64,000 bases of DNA, taken from the IMG/VR virus record IMGVR_UViG_3300042691_043155, positions 2,644 through 66,643 of that record; one strand, given 5' to 3'. The DNA comes from a virus. Under the pieces are notes generated by a model. It searched no databases. It was not told where the DNA came from and was given only the letters and a program-made list of their open reading frames with translations. This document shows positions 35,358 to 44,566 of this stretch, piece after piece; the first letter of the stretch is position 1, and each line of letters starts with the position of its first letter. The translations under genes were made by a program, and so were the position numbers.

Positions 35358-36211
35358 TTGTTAAATAAATTTGTTCTTCCAGATGTTTGAAGTTCTTTAT
35401 AGAATAAAGATTTATTTGAGTACTGTCTGAAGAAAAACTCGGTTATATCTTCTACTGAATTGACTACTCCCCACTCACTTGATATTAAGGTTACAATATT
35501 AGTTTCGATCCAATCATAAAAACTTATATTCTTATCTTTACGAATTGGATAATCAATCTTTCCCGTCAAAGCCTTTTTAAGTAGATTTAAACATGTTTTA
35601 GCACCAGCATCATCACATAACTTAAATCTACTAGTGATCCAATCTCTATCTTGACTTTCAGTTACATGTATGTTTCCTGTTTCCGCATTTACATCAATAA
35701 TAAACATTCTATCAAATAGAATAGGAGCAGCATCGTTATCAACTAAATCCCAACCTCTATAATCTTTACTTACTTCTTTACTAATATCAAAAATTATATT
35801 CATTGTTTCTTCATCCGCTGGTATAAATCCCTCAACAACTTCAAAATATACAACATTATTTTGTCTTTTAACCGCATCTATGTTTGGATATTGATCTTTA
35901 AACCACCAATCACTATCTATTTCATAAACTGGGTAAAAATTCAATGGTTTGATAAATCCACATTTAATTAATATAGTTTGTAACTGTGAAGAAGGTAAAC
36001 CATTGAAATTAATATCACATTTAACTGGATTAGAAAACTTAGAATAAAATTCCGCTATTTCTTTACATTTTTTAATATATTCTCTTCTCTGTAAATTATC
36101 AGCATGTTTTAACATGTCACTTCTTTTCGTAGGATGAGTTGTAAGTTTAGAAGCAATATTTCTATATGTATCTGGATTTAGTTCTTCATTAAATTTCTTT
36201 AAGTATTTCAT
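35354..36211 (-). CDS. Hypothetical protein with MKYLKKFNEELNP tag
   Basis: First 17 aa nearly identical to 30324-30722. Confidence 0.78.
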   Translation of the reverse strand: MKYLKKFNEELNPDTYRNIASKLTTHPTKRSDMLKHADNLQRREYIKKCKEIAEFYSKFSNPVKCDINFNGLPSSQLQTILIKCGFIKPLNFYPVYEIDSDWWFKDQYPNIDAVKRQNNVVYFEVVEGFIPADEETMNIIFDISKEVSKDYRGWDLVDNDAAPILFDRMFIIDVNAETGNIHVTESQDRDWITSRFKLCDDAGAKTCLNLLKKALTGKIDYPIRKDKNISFYDWIETNIVTLISSEWGVVNSVEDITEFFFRQYSNKSLFYKELQTSGRTNLFNK

Positions 36212-36212
36212 A

Positions 36213-37322
36213 TTAAATTTCAGCTATTTTTTTGTAGAAGTAACTATTATAGAATTTTTCGTTTGGTTGTGGACTTTCTGGAAGTAATCTATTATTACTT
36301 ATTCTATTGAATACACTCATCGCTTCATCCAAATCTTCTGATGGATCGTGACTTAAAATACCAAGTAGTTCTGTTAGTTTTTTTCTAAAATCTTCGTTTT
36401 TAGCTACTAACTTAGGTAAGTCTTTTGTGAACTCGATAGCTGATCTTTTATCCGAGAAAACAGCTGTATAGTAACCACTAAAAATATTTTTAGGAGATAT
36501 TTCTAATGATATTTTCTTACTATCTTCAAAGAATGCTTGAACATCATAAATTGGATTACCATTTTCATCTTTATCAAGCGGTATTATTTTACCATTTACC
36601 CATATTGAACTCGCAACTCCAGTTCCATTACAACTCTCACATTTTTGAGGTCCTTTATGACCATCACATTGTGGACATTCTCCACCATCGTAGTCTTCTC
36701 CATGACCATCACATTCATAACAGTAAAATTCACCGTCACCATCACAATCTTGACATCTTGTAAAATCTTTCATACCATAACTTGACCTACTAAGAACTAA
36801 TGATATACTAAATGGTGTCCATCTATAAATCTTTATAAGCTCATTAAAGTGTCCATTTGACTTTCCATCCAATTCTGATTTACTACTATTAAGTAATCTA
36901 AAAGAAACATCAAATGTTAATCCCAGATGTGTATTATTACCATTTTTCCAACTATTTATAATATCATCAACACTATAATTAATATCAGTAAGTACCTGTG
37001 ATTCCTTTCCATATGGAGTTACTCCATATCTAACATTTTCTATTCTAAGATCAGTCATTTTAACACTTTTCTCAAGATAACTGGTTCTATTCTTCAAAAC
37101 AGTTACATTATAATAACCAAACTCTTTTTCATCTGCGTAGTCTCTCAAAATACCCGCCTTTTTTGTTTGATTAGCACTTGTAGCTAACGCCCCTGCTCTT
37201 CTGAATTTTTCAGGTTGAAATCCAGTTGATGGAACTGATTGTGTAACACCAGTTTCTTCATCATATTCTTTCTTTGTCAATCTTGGACCTATAGCCTCGT
37301 TATACTTCTTAATATATTTCAT
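36213..37322 (-). CDS. Hypothetical protein with MKYIKKYNE tag and DnaJ-type Zn finger
   Basis: CQDCDGDG, CYECDGHG, CPQCDG, CESCNGTG. Confidence 0.8.
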   Translation of the reverse strand: MKYIKKYNEAIGPRLTKKEYDEETGVTQSVPSTGFQPEKFRRAGALATSANQTKKAGILRDYADEKEFGYYNVTVLKNRTSYLEKSVKMTDLRIENVRYGVTPYGKESQVLTDINYSVDDIINSWKNGNNTHLGLTFDVSFRLLNSSKSELDGKSNGHFNELIKIYRWTPFSISLVLSRSSYGMKDFTRCQDCDGDGEFYCYECDGHGEDYDGGECPQCDGHKGPQKCESCNGTGVASSIWVNGKIIPLDKDENGNPIYDVQAFFEDSKKISLEISPKNIFSGYYTAVFSDKRSAIEFTKDLPKLVAKNEDFRKKLTELLGILSHDPSEDLDEAMSVFNRISNNRLLPESPQPNEKFYNSYFYKKIAEI

Positions 37323-37354
37323 AAAGTATATATTTAGTTTTTAATATATAAATT

Positions 37355-37618
37355 ATGAAATGGATAAAATTATTTGAGGATTTTAAGCAAAATAATGAAG
37401 ATGGTGACTTAATAACAGTCGAAGATATTATTAAAGCTAAAGAAAGTGGAGAGAAGATATATGCTACTATTATAGAAGATGTAGCGGGTAATGATCCAGA
37501 AGAACCTTTAGAGATAAAGGATATTGATGATGATGGTCTTATTACAGTTGATTACAAAGGAAAAATGGGTTATGTGAAATTAAAAAATGTTAATCGAATA
37601 GGGGATAAATTAGATTAA
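37355..37618 (+). CDS. Small hypothetical protein with MKWIKLFEDF tag
   Basis: TTAATATATA-aatt-ATG. Confidence 0.78.
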   Translation: MKWIKLFEDFKQNNEDGDLITVEDIIKAKESGEKIYATIIEDVAGNDPEEPLEIKDIDDDGLITVDYKGKMGYVKLKNVNRIGDKLD

Positions 37619-37644
37619 TTCATTTTAGATTTTCTTTAAAAATA

Positions 37645-37672
37645 AAAAAGGGAGATTAAATCTCCCTTTTTT
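37645..37672. terminator. Bidirectional terminator
   Basis: aaaaaagggaga-ttaaa-tctccctttttt. Confidence 0.85.
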
Positions 37673-39258
37673 TACTTTTCTGTGTTTTCGATAACGATTT
37701 GTTTTACCTTACCGTTACTTCTACTGATTGGACATTTAACACCAACTGAGATAATTAAAACTTTACCTTTGACTTTTGAGAAGTCTAATGTATCTGTATA
37801 ACCATCTGTTAAAAGTACAGAGTTACAATCGTTGAAGTTTGCTACAATGTGATCAATCATCGGTTGTAAACAAGTACCACCTAAACCTTTAATTGGAATA
37901 CTTTCTAATTGTTTCTTACTTTTAATTCTTTCTACCCAATTTACTTGTGTATCAGACTCCATAAAGTTGATCTCAATGTCATTTCGGTAAACATATGATA
38001 GAACTCTCTCGAAAGTACCTTGACCACCCATTGAACCAGATGTATCTAATCCAACATTGATTTTAGTTTTAACTTTCTTGTTACCTTTCAAACCAGAGAT
38101 ACTCTTACGGTTTGGTTTAACAATAGTTCTTTCTTTAACAGTACCAAAAATCATATTAGAAACTGCTCTCTTAATTTCTCTAAGATAGTCTTTTCTTTTC
38201 TTTCTTAATTTATTAAGAGTTTGTTCAACGTTACCTGCTGATAAACCTCGAGCGGCTAATCTTTCCATAACATCTTTAACCATAGCATTTCTCATTTCCT
38301 CAGGAACATCATCACCGATGTGTTTATCTAAGTATTCGCCATTGTTACCATCTTCTAAGTCTTGGAAGATTTTCTCTTTAGACCAAGTATCTAATGAGTT
38401 GCCATCTTTACCTTGTGGGTTTTTACCATAAGGTCCATAAGAAGGCTTACCAGTTGAGTCAGTATCGCCATCACTTCCAGTACCATTACAATCTGGACAA
38501 TCTTCACCTTGACCACCACCATTTTGTGGTTGATTTTGACCTTGTTGTTGACCTTGTCCACCACCTTGACCATTTTGATCTTGTTGGTCTTGACCTTGTC
38601 CTTGACCTTCACCTTCACCAGGTTGTTGTCCTTGACCATCTTTTTGATCTTGACCTTGACCACCACCTTGATTTTGTGGTTGACCTTGTCCTTGACCATC
38701 TTGTTTTTGTCCTTGACCTTCTTTTTTACCAGATCCGTTACAAGTTTTACAACAATTTTTCTTTTGTTCTTTTTGCCACTTCTCTTTCTCTTCTTTCATC
38801 CACTCGTATAACTCCTCGAAGATAAGGTTACCTGTGTATTCTTTAGGAACAAAAAGTGCCATGTTTTTACCATCTGGTGACTTTGGAATTTCAACGAAAT
38901 CGTGTGTAATATCTTCCCAAATAACATGGTTGATAATCATATCTTGTACGATATTAGACATTTTATGATCATATTGACCAGTTACGGTACGTTTTGGGTG
39001 ATCAAAAAGTAAGTGGAAGTCCTCGTGTAAAGTAATAAAGTTTACTTCTTTTTGAGACATATCAGCAAGAAACTTCGGAGAATAGTAAAAGTTCATACCT
39101 TTACTAGTCACGTTTACAGCACAAGTACCAATAGTATCTTGTTCATGGAAATTGACATGTAAGTTGAACTCACCATAGTAAGGTAGGTTAACTTTGGTAT
39201 CAATCAAGAGTTGTTGAATACCATTCAACAGTTTTTCGTGAATGTTTTTAAGTGTCAT
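37672..39258 (-). CDS. DUF2201-type metallopeptidase-vWA protein (MoxR partner)
   Basis: LHEDFHLLFDH (HExxH), NIVQDMIIN, VGLDTSGSM, GLGGT, LLTDGY. Confidence 0.9.
   Translation of the reverse strand: MTLKNIHEKLLNGIQQLLIDTKVNLPYYGEFNLHVNFHEQDTIGTCAVNVTSKGMNFYYSPKFLADMSQKEVNFITLHEDFHLLFDHPKRTVTGQYDHKMSNIVQDMIINHVIWEDITHDFVEIPKSPDGKNMALFVPKEYTGNLIFEELYEWMKEEKEKWQKEQKKNCCKTCNGSGKKEGQGQKQDGQGQGQPQNQGGGQGQDQKDGQGQQPGEGEGQGQGQDQQDQNGQGGGQGQQQGQNQPQNGGGQGEDCPDCNGTGSDGDTDSTGKPSYGPYGKNPQGKDGNSLDTWSKEKIFQDLEDGNNGEYLDKHIGDDVPEEMRNAMVKDVMERLAARGLSAGNVEQTLNKLRKKRKDYLREIKRAVSNMIFGTVKERTIVKPNRKSISGLKGNKKVKTKINVGLDTSGSMGGQGTFERVLSYVYRNDIEINFMESDTQVNWVERIKSKKQLESIPIKGLGGTCLQPMIDHIVANFNDCNSVLLTDGYTDTLDFSKVKGKVLIISVGVKCPISRSNGKVKQIVIENTEK
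38505..38720 (-). repeat. Gln/Gly low-complexity coding repeat
   Basis: Repeated ttgacc/ttgtcc units encoding GQGQ.. linker. Confidence 0.85.
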
Positions 39259-39306
39259 AATTCGCTTTTAATTTATTTTACAAATATAATAATAATTTTT
39301 CAAATA

Positions 39307-39768
39307 CTATTTTCTTTTTAGATTTTTTTCTTCTTGTTGTAAGAGTTTATCTAAATCACTCTCAATTATAAATCTTTTCTTAGATTCTGTATCAGACATT
39401 CTTTTATCCATTTCATCATCAAAAAGATCACAAACATATAATGAGTTTTTAACTGGTATATGTAACTCATATAAGTTATGACTTGTTTCATTTATATCCA
39501 TAATAGTCATAACTGATTCACCAGTTGGGTTATGTTGAAAAACAAGAAGAAGATTATCTTTTTCTATTTGTCTAATTCCAAATGTATTAAAAGCCAACTT
39601 AGTATTTTTATCCTTTAAAAGAAGTTTCCAAAGTCTTATAGACTTTTCCTGGAAAGGAGTAATGGTTTTGTTCTGTTCCGGTGTAATAGAATTATCGAAA
39701 CGTCTTTTCCATTGTCTCCAACGAACTCTTAATCTTTTAAATCTCCAACTTAATTTATATCTAAACAT
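39307..39768 (-). CDS. Hypothetical protein
   Basis: 153-aa ORF. Confidence 0.75.
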   Translation of the reverse strand: MFRYKLSWRFKRLRVRWRQWKRRFDNSITPEQNKTITPFQEKSIRLWKLLLKDKNTKLAFNTFGIRQIEKDNLLLVFQHNPTGESVMTIMDINETSHNLYELHIPVKNSLYVCDLFDDEMDKRMSDTESKKRFIIESDLDKLLQQEEKNLKRK

Positions 39769-40160
39769 TACTTAATCATATTAATTTTTGCGTCTCTAAC
39801 TTCAGCCTTATTAAGAGGCTCTCTTAACTCATTACCTTTACTATCAACTAAAACTGATGTATCAACTGTATCTGATCCAGTTTTCTCAATAAGTGAAAGA
39901 ATGTAAGGATTAGTTGTTTCTTTACCATCTTCAGGTGAAATTTGCTCATATATATTCATAGCAACTTCTTCAAACGGAGTTAAGTTAAGAATAACCGATG
40001 GATCTTCATCACTGTGTTTGTCAAGTGCTAAAATAAGTAACAAATAAAGTTCTTCTTTATCTAATTGGTTCATCTTCTCAATTTGAGAACATACATTTAA
40101 GTTTGTGTAAATATCTACAAATAAGTCAGATACTACTAGTTTTTTTTCTTCTTTAATCAT
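39768..40160 (-). CDS. Hypothetical protein, C-terminal VRDAKINMI tag
   Basis: 130-aa ORF. Confidence 0.75.
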   Translation of the reverse strand: MIKEEKKLVVSDLFVDIYTNLNVCSQIEKMNQLDKEELYLLLILALDKHSDEDPSVILNLTPFEEVAMNIYEQISPEDGKETTNPYILSLIEKTGSDTVDTSVLVDSKGNELREPLNKAEVRDAKINMIK

Positions 40161-40190
40161 ATTAATTTATATGTTTTAGTTTCTAATTGT

Positions 40191-40343
40191 TTAGAATATA
40201 AAATATAAAAAGTATATTATAAAATATACAATGTTTATTAGCATTAGAGAAACAAAATATTCCTCATAGTCGGTTTTTTTAATACCTAAAAATGATATTA
40301 GAGTTACCAATGTAAATATAATAAGGTGTGCTAAAATACTCAT
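40191..40343 (-). CDS. 50-aa two-helix membrane peptide (not in ORF track)
   Basis: MSILAHLIIFTLVTLISFLGIKKTDYEEYFVSLMLINIVYFIIYFLYFIF; ATGA overlap with upstream ORF. Confidence 0.55.
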   Translation of the reverse strand: MSILAHLIIFTLVTLISFLGIKKTDYEEYFVSLMLINIVYFIIYFLYFIF

Positions 40344-40621
40344 ATTCGATTTAATATTTCATCTATTCTTTTATCTCTAGTTTCATCAACATCATAGAAT
40401 ACCGCTCTAAAAGTAATTCTATCCATTTTATGTTTGATATTTTTATTATCAATGACCCAGTATGTTTTCCAACCACCATTAGTTTTATAACCATCTTCCC
40501 AAGAGTATGTTTCATAAAAACCATCATATATCTTACCTTTCTCATAGATCTGATTATCAGAAATGCTCATTGCATTCTTACAAAGGAATTTTGCTTTAAT
40601 TACTTCAGATTTCATATACAA
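40340..40621 (-). CDS. Hypothetical protein, TRDKRIDEIL tag
   Basis: 93-aa ORF. Confidence 0.75.
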   Translation of the reverse strand: MYMKSEVIKAKFLCKNAMSISDNQIYEKGKIYDGFYETYSWEDGYKTNGGWKTYWVIDNKNIKHKMDRITFRAVFYDVDETRDKRIDEILNRI

Positions 40622-40938
40622 TCGTAACCTTCAGAATCTCTTAAATCATTTACCAAGTTCTCAACAAAACTAACGAATGTGTAAATAGTTGCGTCTTTTG
40701 AGAAAAGATGTTTATGTTTTTCGAAGAATCTAAAATATCTTTCTCTTGTTAAAAAGTTTTTAATCTCAACACAAACTTCTTTAACTTCATCACTAGTCAT
40801 TTCATAAGCCATAACTGGACCATCGAAATCTTCAAAGTATTTACCACCAACTTCTTTACAGATGGCACCTATCAATCTTTCCGAACTTATACTTGTTAAG
40901 AAACTACTACCGGAATTTGTTACAATTGTTCTACTCAT
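40612..40938 (-). CDS. Hypothetical protein
   Basis: 108-aa ORF. Confidence 0.72.
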   Translation of the reverse strand: MSRTIVTNSGSSFLTSISSERLIGAICKEVGGKYFEDFDGPVMAYEMTSDEVKEVCVEIKNFLTRERYFRFFEKHKHLFSKDATIYTFVSFVENLVNDLRDSEGYDCI

Positions 40939-41387
40939 ATTCCCAATTTTTCCAATCTATATTCTCTATATGCTTGTTTTGTAACAGAACCTAATTCATA
41001 TGCTCTATGGAAAAAGACTTCAAATATTTCTTCATGTCCTTTTTCTTTAGCAACCATTGCTCTATTTAGAGCTTTCCACTCATCATGAATTCGACCTGCT
41101 TGTGTTCTCGATAAAGATACCATCTTATCACAATCACCATTTGATTTATCAACTATGTCTTTTACTCGTTTATAGTTTTTTTCAAATTCGGCTTTACTTT
41201 GACCGTTCCATTTACCACTCATAATATCAAAACAATTATAAAATCCATTTTTAAGTCTTTGACCATTCCACTCTAGAGTGCCCGATAAGTTCTTTCTATT
41301 TATTTTACCTTTAAACCAGAACCAATAACAATTATCTCTTTCATTTTGTAGAAAGTCAGTTAGTTTTGATTTTGATAATTCTTTCAT
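40935..41387 (-). CDS. Hypothetical protein, YREYRLEKLGI tag
   Basis: 150-aa ORF starting 3 nt after the suppressor tRNA. Confidence 0.75.
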   Translation of the reverse strand: MKELSKSKLTDFLQNERDNCYWFWFKGKINRKNLSGTLEWNGQRLKNGFYNCFDIMSGKWNGQSKAEFEKNYKRVKDIVDKSNGDCDKMVSLSRTQAGRIHDEWKALNRAMVAKEKGHEEIFEVFFHRAYELGSVTKQAYREYRLEKLGI

Positions 41388-41390
41388 AAG

Positions 41391-41462
41391 TGCGAATAAT
41401 GGGATTCGAACCCATGACTTAGAGTTTTAGAGGCTCCTACTCTACCACTGAGTTATATTCGC
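41391..41462 (-). tRNA. Amber suppressor tRNA (anticodon CTA)
   Basis: GCGAATA-TA-ACTC-AGTGGTA-GAGT-A-GGAGC-CTCTAAA-ACTCT-AAGTC-ATGGG-TTCGAAT-CCCAT-TATTCGC-A; own TATATTTG promoter at 41475-41482. Confidence 0.88.
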
Positions 41463-41552
41463 GTATAATTTATACAAATATATAAAAAGTAATTAAAAAG
41501 TTATAGTTTTGAACTACATTTTTTTAATATATACAATAAAAATGGTGTTCAA

Positions 41553-42245
41553 ATGACTAAAATAGAAAAACTAACAAAAGATGAATTGATTATTTTAATT
41601 GATAATTCTAAAAGTATAAAGGATTTATTATTAAAAATTGGATATAAAAACACAGGTACTTATTTATATAATATATTTTATGAAGTTTTAAAAAAATATA
41701 ATATAGATAATCCGAATTTTAAACCACTACCAAGTAATTTAAAGGATTATAAAAAATATGAACTATCTGAAATATTTGTAGAGAACTCTAGTTTTAGAAG
41801 TAGAAGTTCAATGAAAAAAAAACTTATAAAGTATGGAATATTAGAATACGAATGTGCTAAGTGCTCTATTTCTGAGTGGCTGGGTAAATCAATCACACTT
41901 CAACTCGAGCACAAAAATGGAATCAACAATGATAATAGAATTGAAAATTTAGAGTTATTGTGTCCAAATTGTCATAGCCAAACATCAACATTTTGTGGTA
42001 AAAATATCAAAATGGAGGAAAAGTTTTGTTTATGTGGTGAAAAAATAGATAAGAAGAAGACAAAATGTAGGAAATGTATCTTGAATAAGATGAAGGAGAC
42101 AAACTTTAATAACAGAAAAGTTAAAAATAGACCGAGCATTGAGGAACTATCCAAATGTGTAGAGGAATATGGTTTTTTAAAAACTGGTAAGAAATATGGT
42201 GTATCTGATAATACAATAAGGAAGTGGTTAGGAATAAAAAAATAA
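41553..42245 (+). CDS. HNH homing endonuclease with C-terminal HTH
   Basis: LQLEHKNGINNDNRIENLELLCPNCHSQT; GKKYGVSDNTIRKW. Confidence 0.93.
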   Translation: MTKIEKLTKDELIILIDNSKSIKDLLLKIGYKNTGTYLYNIFYEVLKKYNIDNPNFKPLPSNLKDYKKYELSEIFVENSSFRSRSSMKKKLIKYGILEYECAKCSISEWLGKSITLQLEHKNGINNDNRIENLELLCPNCHSQTSTFCGKNIKMEEKFCLCGEKIDKKKTKCRKCILNKMKETNFNNRKVKNRPSIEELSKCVEEYGFLKTGKKYGVSDNTIRKWLGIKK

Positions 42246-42971
42246 TTAATTTAAAATATCATCTATTCTACCATTTCTTGACCAACAAAGATTATCTTCA
42301 ATTTCTCTTTCAATATCGCCATATTTAATAATACTACCAGTTGATATCATCTCAGCAATAACATAATTTATGATATAAGCACCACCTCTTAAATCATAGT
42401 GTAAATCAAGTACAAGATAATCAACGGATTTATCATTTGGTTTAGAAACTATTGATCCAATTGAATATTTAAGTAGATTGTGTTCCACTCCATCTTTATC
42501 ATATCCCCATATTTTGGAAAAGAATTCGATAGTAGCTTCTAATAAATAAATCCAAGCAATTATAGAAGAAGCATATGCACTAAAGTTATAAGTATATCTA
42601 ATATAATCAGTATTTAAAACTCTGTGTTCTGTTTGCTCAATATTAGAAATATCTTTTTCGCTAATTTTTACTTTATCATAAGTGCCATTTTTATTCATCT
42701 TTTTATTATCAAAAGATCTTACTTTTAGTTTGTCTAAAATTTCAAAAAAGAAATCAGATCTATCTTTAGCAATAGAAAATGTAAATCTAAAATCAATTAT
42801 TGGATCAGGACATTTAAAATTTGACATTCCTGTCGGAGAATTGTAACTTAGTTCGTTAATACTAAATTCTATATTAATATCAGTGGTATTAGTATATTTA
42901 GCAAACACCATTATATTATGTGGAAGTCTACCACCATTCCACTTCATTATATCTACGTCAGTTAACTGCAT
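42246..42971 (-). CDS. Hypothetical protein, SRNGRIDDILN tag
   Basis: 241-aa ORF. Confidence 0.78.
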   Translation of the reverse strand: MQLTDVDIMKWNGGRLPHNIMVFAKYTNTTDINIEFSINELSYNSPTGMSNFKCPDPIIDFRFTFSIAKDRSDFFFEILDKLKVRSFDNKKMNKNGTYDKVKISEKDISNIEQTEHRVLNTDYIRYTYNFSAYASSIIAWIYLLEATIEFFSKIWGYDKDGVEHNLLKYSIGSIVSKPNDKSVDYLVLDLHYDLRGGAYIINYVIAEMISTGSIIKYGDIEREIEDNLCWSRNGRIDDILN

Positions 42972-43699
42972 TTTCTTTTTCTTAAAAGGTTATTAATTTT
43001 TCTATTTCTATTCTCAACTGTTGAAATTGTTTTCTCAAACCCATCAAATTTAAAATTTGAGGTTCCGGTTCCAACTAATGTTAAATTAAATTGTCTTGAT
43101 AATAATTTGAATATTCTATCATTATGACTCTCAAGTCCTCTCAATCTTTGAGAGATATAAGCAATCTTAAATAATCTCTTTCTTGTTTGTTTAGGAAGTT
43201 TATCAAGGAACATTTCTAAATTATCAATCATTTCAGATCTGTAATAACTGGATGATAATTGCCATCTACTCATTCTGAATGTGTATTGAATATGCGAACT
43301 TGAACCCCAACCAACTGAGAAGTTTAGTTTTGAACTAATTTCAATTGAATACGTTTTTTCGTAATGAAATGCTTTTGAGTTATCGACTTTATCAGCCGAA
43401 TATGTATAAGATTTAACCCAGTCATATTTATCTCTTAAATATGTTTCACCCGGTTTAATTATAGTTGTTTTATGTCTTTTGGTTTTGTTGCAATAGTCGT
43501 AACTATATCTTGGGTATTTATAAGTGACTTCCATTTCACCGGTTTTCACTAATGTTCGATTATAAAATCGATATTCATTTGCCTTAAAATCAACGAATAT
43601 GGTTTTAAAGGCTTCAATTAGTATTTCTGCTAATTGTCTATTGGTAAACTTCTTAGTTTTCCAATCTAATTTTTCTACATTTGTAATCTAGTTGTTCAT
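42962..43699 (-). CDS. Hypothetical protein with in-frame TAG at codon 4 (MNN*ITNVEK...), NRNRKINNLL tag
   Basis: ATG at 43699 is in frame with the 42962-43549 ORF; the only stop in between is TAG at 43688-43690. Confidence 0.7.
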
Positions 43700-43710
43700 A
43701 ATTATTTATT

Positions 43711-43836
43711 TTATTTTTTAATTCTAAATCCAGTAAACCAAAGATCGATTCTGAAAAAGAATTGACCTTTATTTTTACCAAATCCAATTCTTAACATTCT
43801 ATTATCTTTGTCTAGTGGAATTTTTTCTAATTTCAT
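43711..43836 (-). CDS. 41-aa small ORF (not in ORF track)
   Basis: MKLEKIPLDKDNRMLRIGFGKNKGQFFFRIDLWFTGFRIKK; ATGA overlap with upstream ORF. Confidence 0.65.
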   Translation of the reverse strand: MKLEKIPLDKDNRMLRIGFGKNKGQFFFRIDLWFTGFRIKK

Positions 43837-44078
43837 CTTAATATATTATTTATTCTTAAATCCCTAAGATCCTCTTTTGTATAAAAGTATTTATCAAAGT
43901 CTGATTTTGATAAAGCCCAATCTCTATCTTCAGTTAAGATATAACAATAGATATGTTTACTTTCATAGTTATTTGGTTCTCGATAGTTGTACCAAACATC
44001 TTTTTTCCATCTAACATATCCCCATTTTTGTTCTTCATCACCTCTATTAAATTTAGTTCGTTTACAAAAAACCTTCAC
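43833..44078 (-). CDS. Hypothetical protein, LRDLRINNIL tag
   Basis: 81-aa ORF. Confidence 0.75.
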   Translation of the reverse strand: MKVFCKRTKFNRGDEEQKWGYVRWKKDVWYNYREPNNYESKHIYCYILTEDRDWALSKSDFDKYFYTKEDLRDLRINNILR

Positions 44079-44305
44079 TTTAAAATATCTCTTATTTTAT
44101 CGTCTCTTAAATCTTCTTTACTACGATTATTAAGACGTTCAAAAGATTTATTTGATATGTATAAGAATGATAGAAATATGATAATGTTTATCCAAACAAA
44201 TGTTTTATTATTTGCTAACCATTGTGGTATAATAAATGGCATAACAAATATTTTAAAAATACTAACAAATCCTAAATAGATTGAGTATCTATCATATCTT
44301 CTCAT
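44075..44305 (-). CDS. Small membrane protein, LRDDKIRDIL tag
   Basis: Two hydrophobic segments. Confidence 0.72.
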   Translation of the reverse strand: MRRYDRYSIYLGFVSIFKIFVMPFIIPQWLANNKTFVWINIIIFLSFLYISNKSFERLNNRSKEDLRDDKIRDILK

Positions 44306-44481
44306 TTCCTTTTAAATTTTTTATTAACTATTTCAAATGGAATAGATTTTATCTTATCACCAAGACTTAGAGTTACCATAATATGTAATTGTTCATTATC
44401 AACTACTAAAACTTGATACTCAATATCTTTTTCAAAAAGATCAAAATCTTCTTTACATATCAAAATATCACCTTTTTTCAT
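44302..44481 (-). CDS. 59-aa small ORF (not in ORF track)
   Basis: MKKGDILICKEDFDLFEKDIEYQVLVVD...; ATGA overlap with downstream ORF. Confidence 0.65.
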   Translation of the reverse strand: MKKGDILICKEDFDLFEKDIEYQVLVVDNEQLHIMVTLSLGDKIKSIPFEIVNKKFKRK

Positions 44482-44566
44482 AGGTTTTTTATGATTTTAT
44501 ATAATAAATGTTTAAAAAATAACCAGATTTTTTTAAATAGGTGTAGATTTATTTTATATATAAAAT

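Noticed and set aside
38391-38825. Three ORFs over the Gln/Gly repeat
   Set aside because: Alternative-frame and antisense shadows of a low-complexity coding repeat
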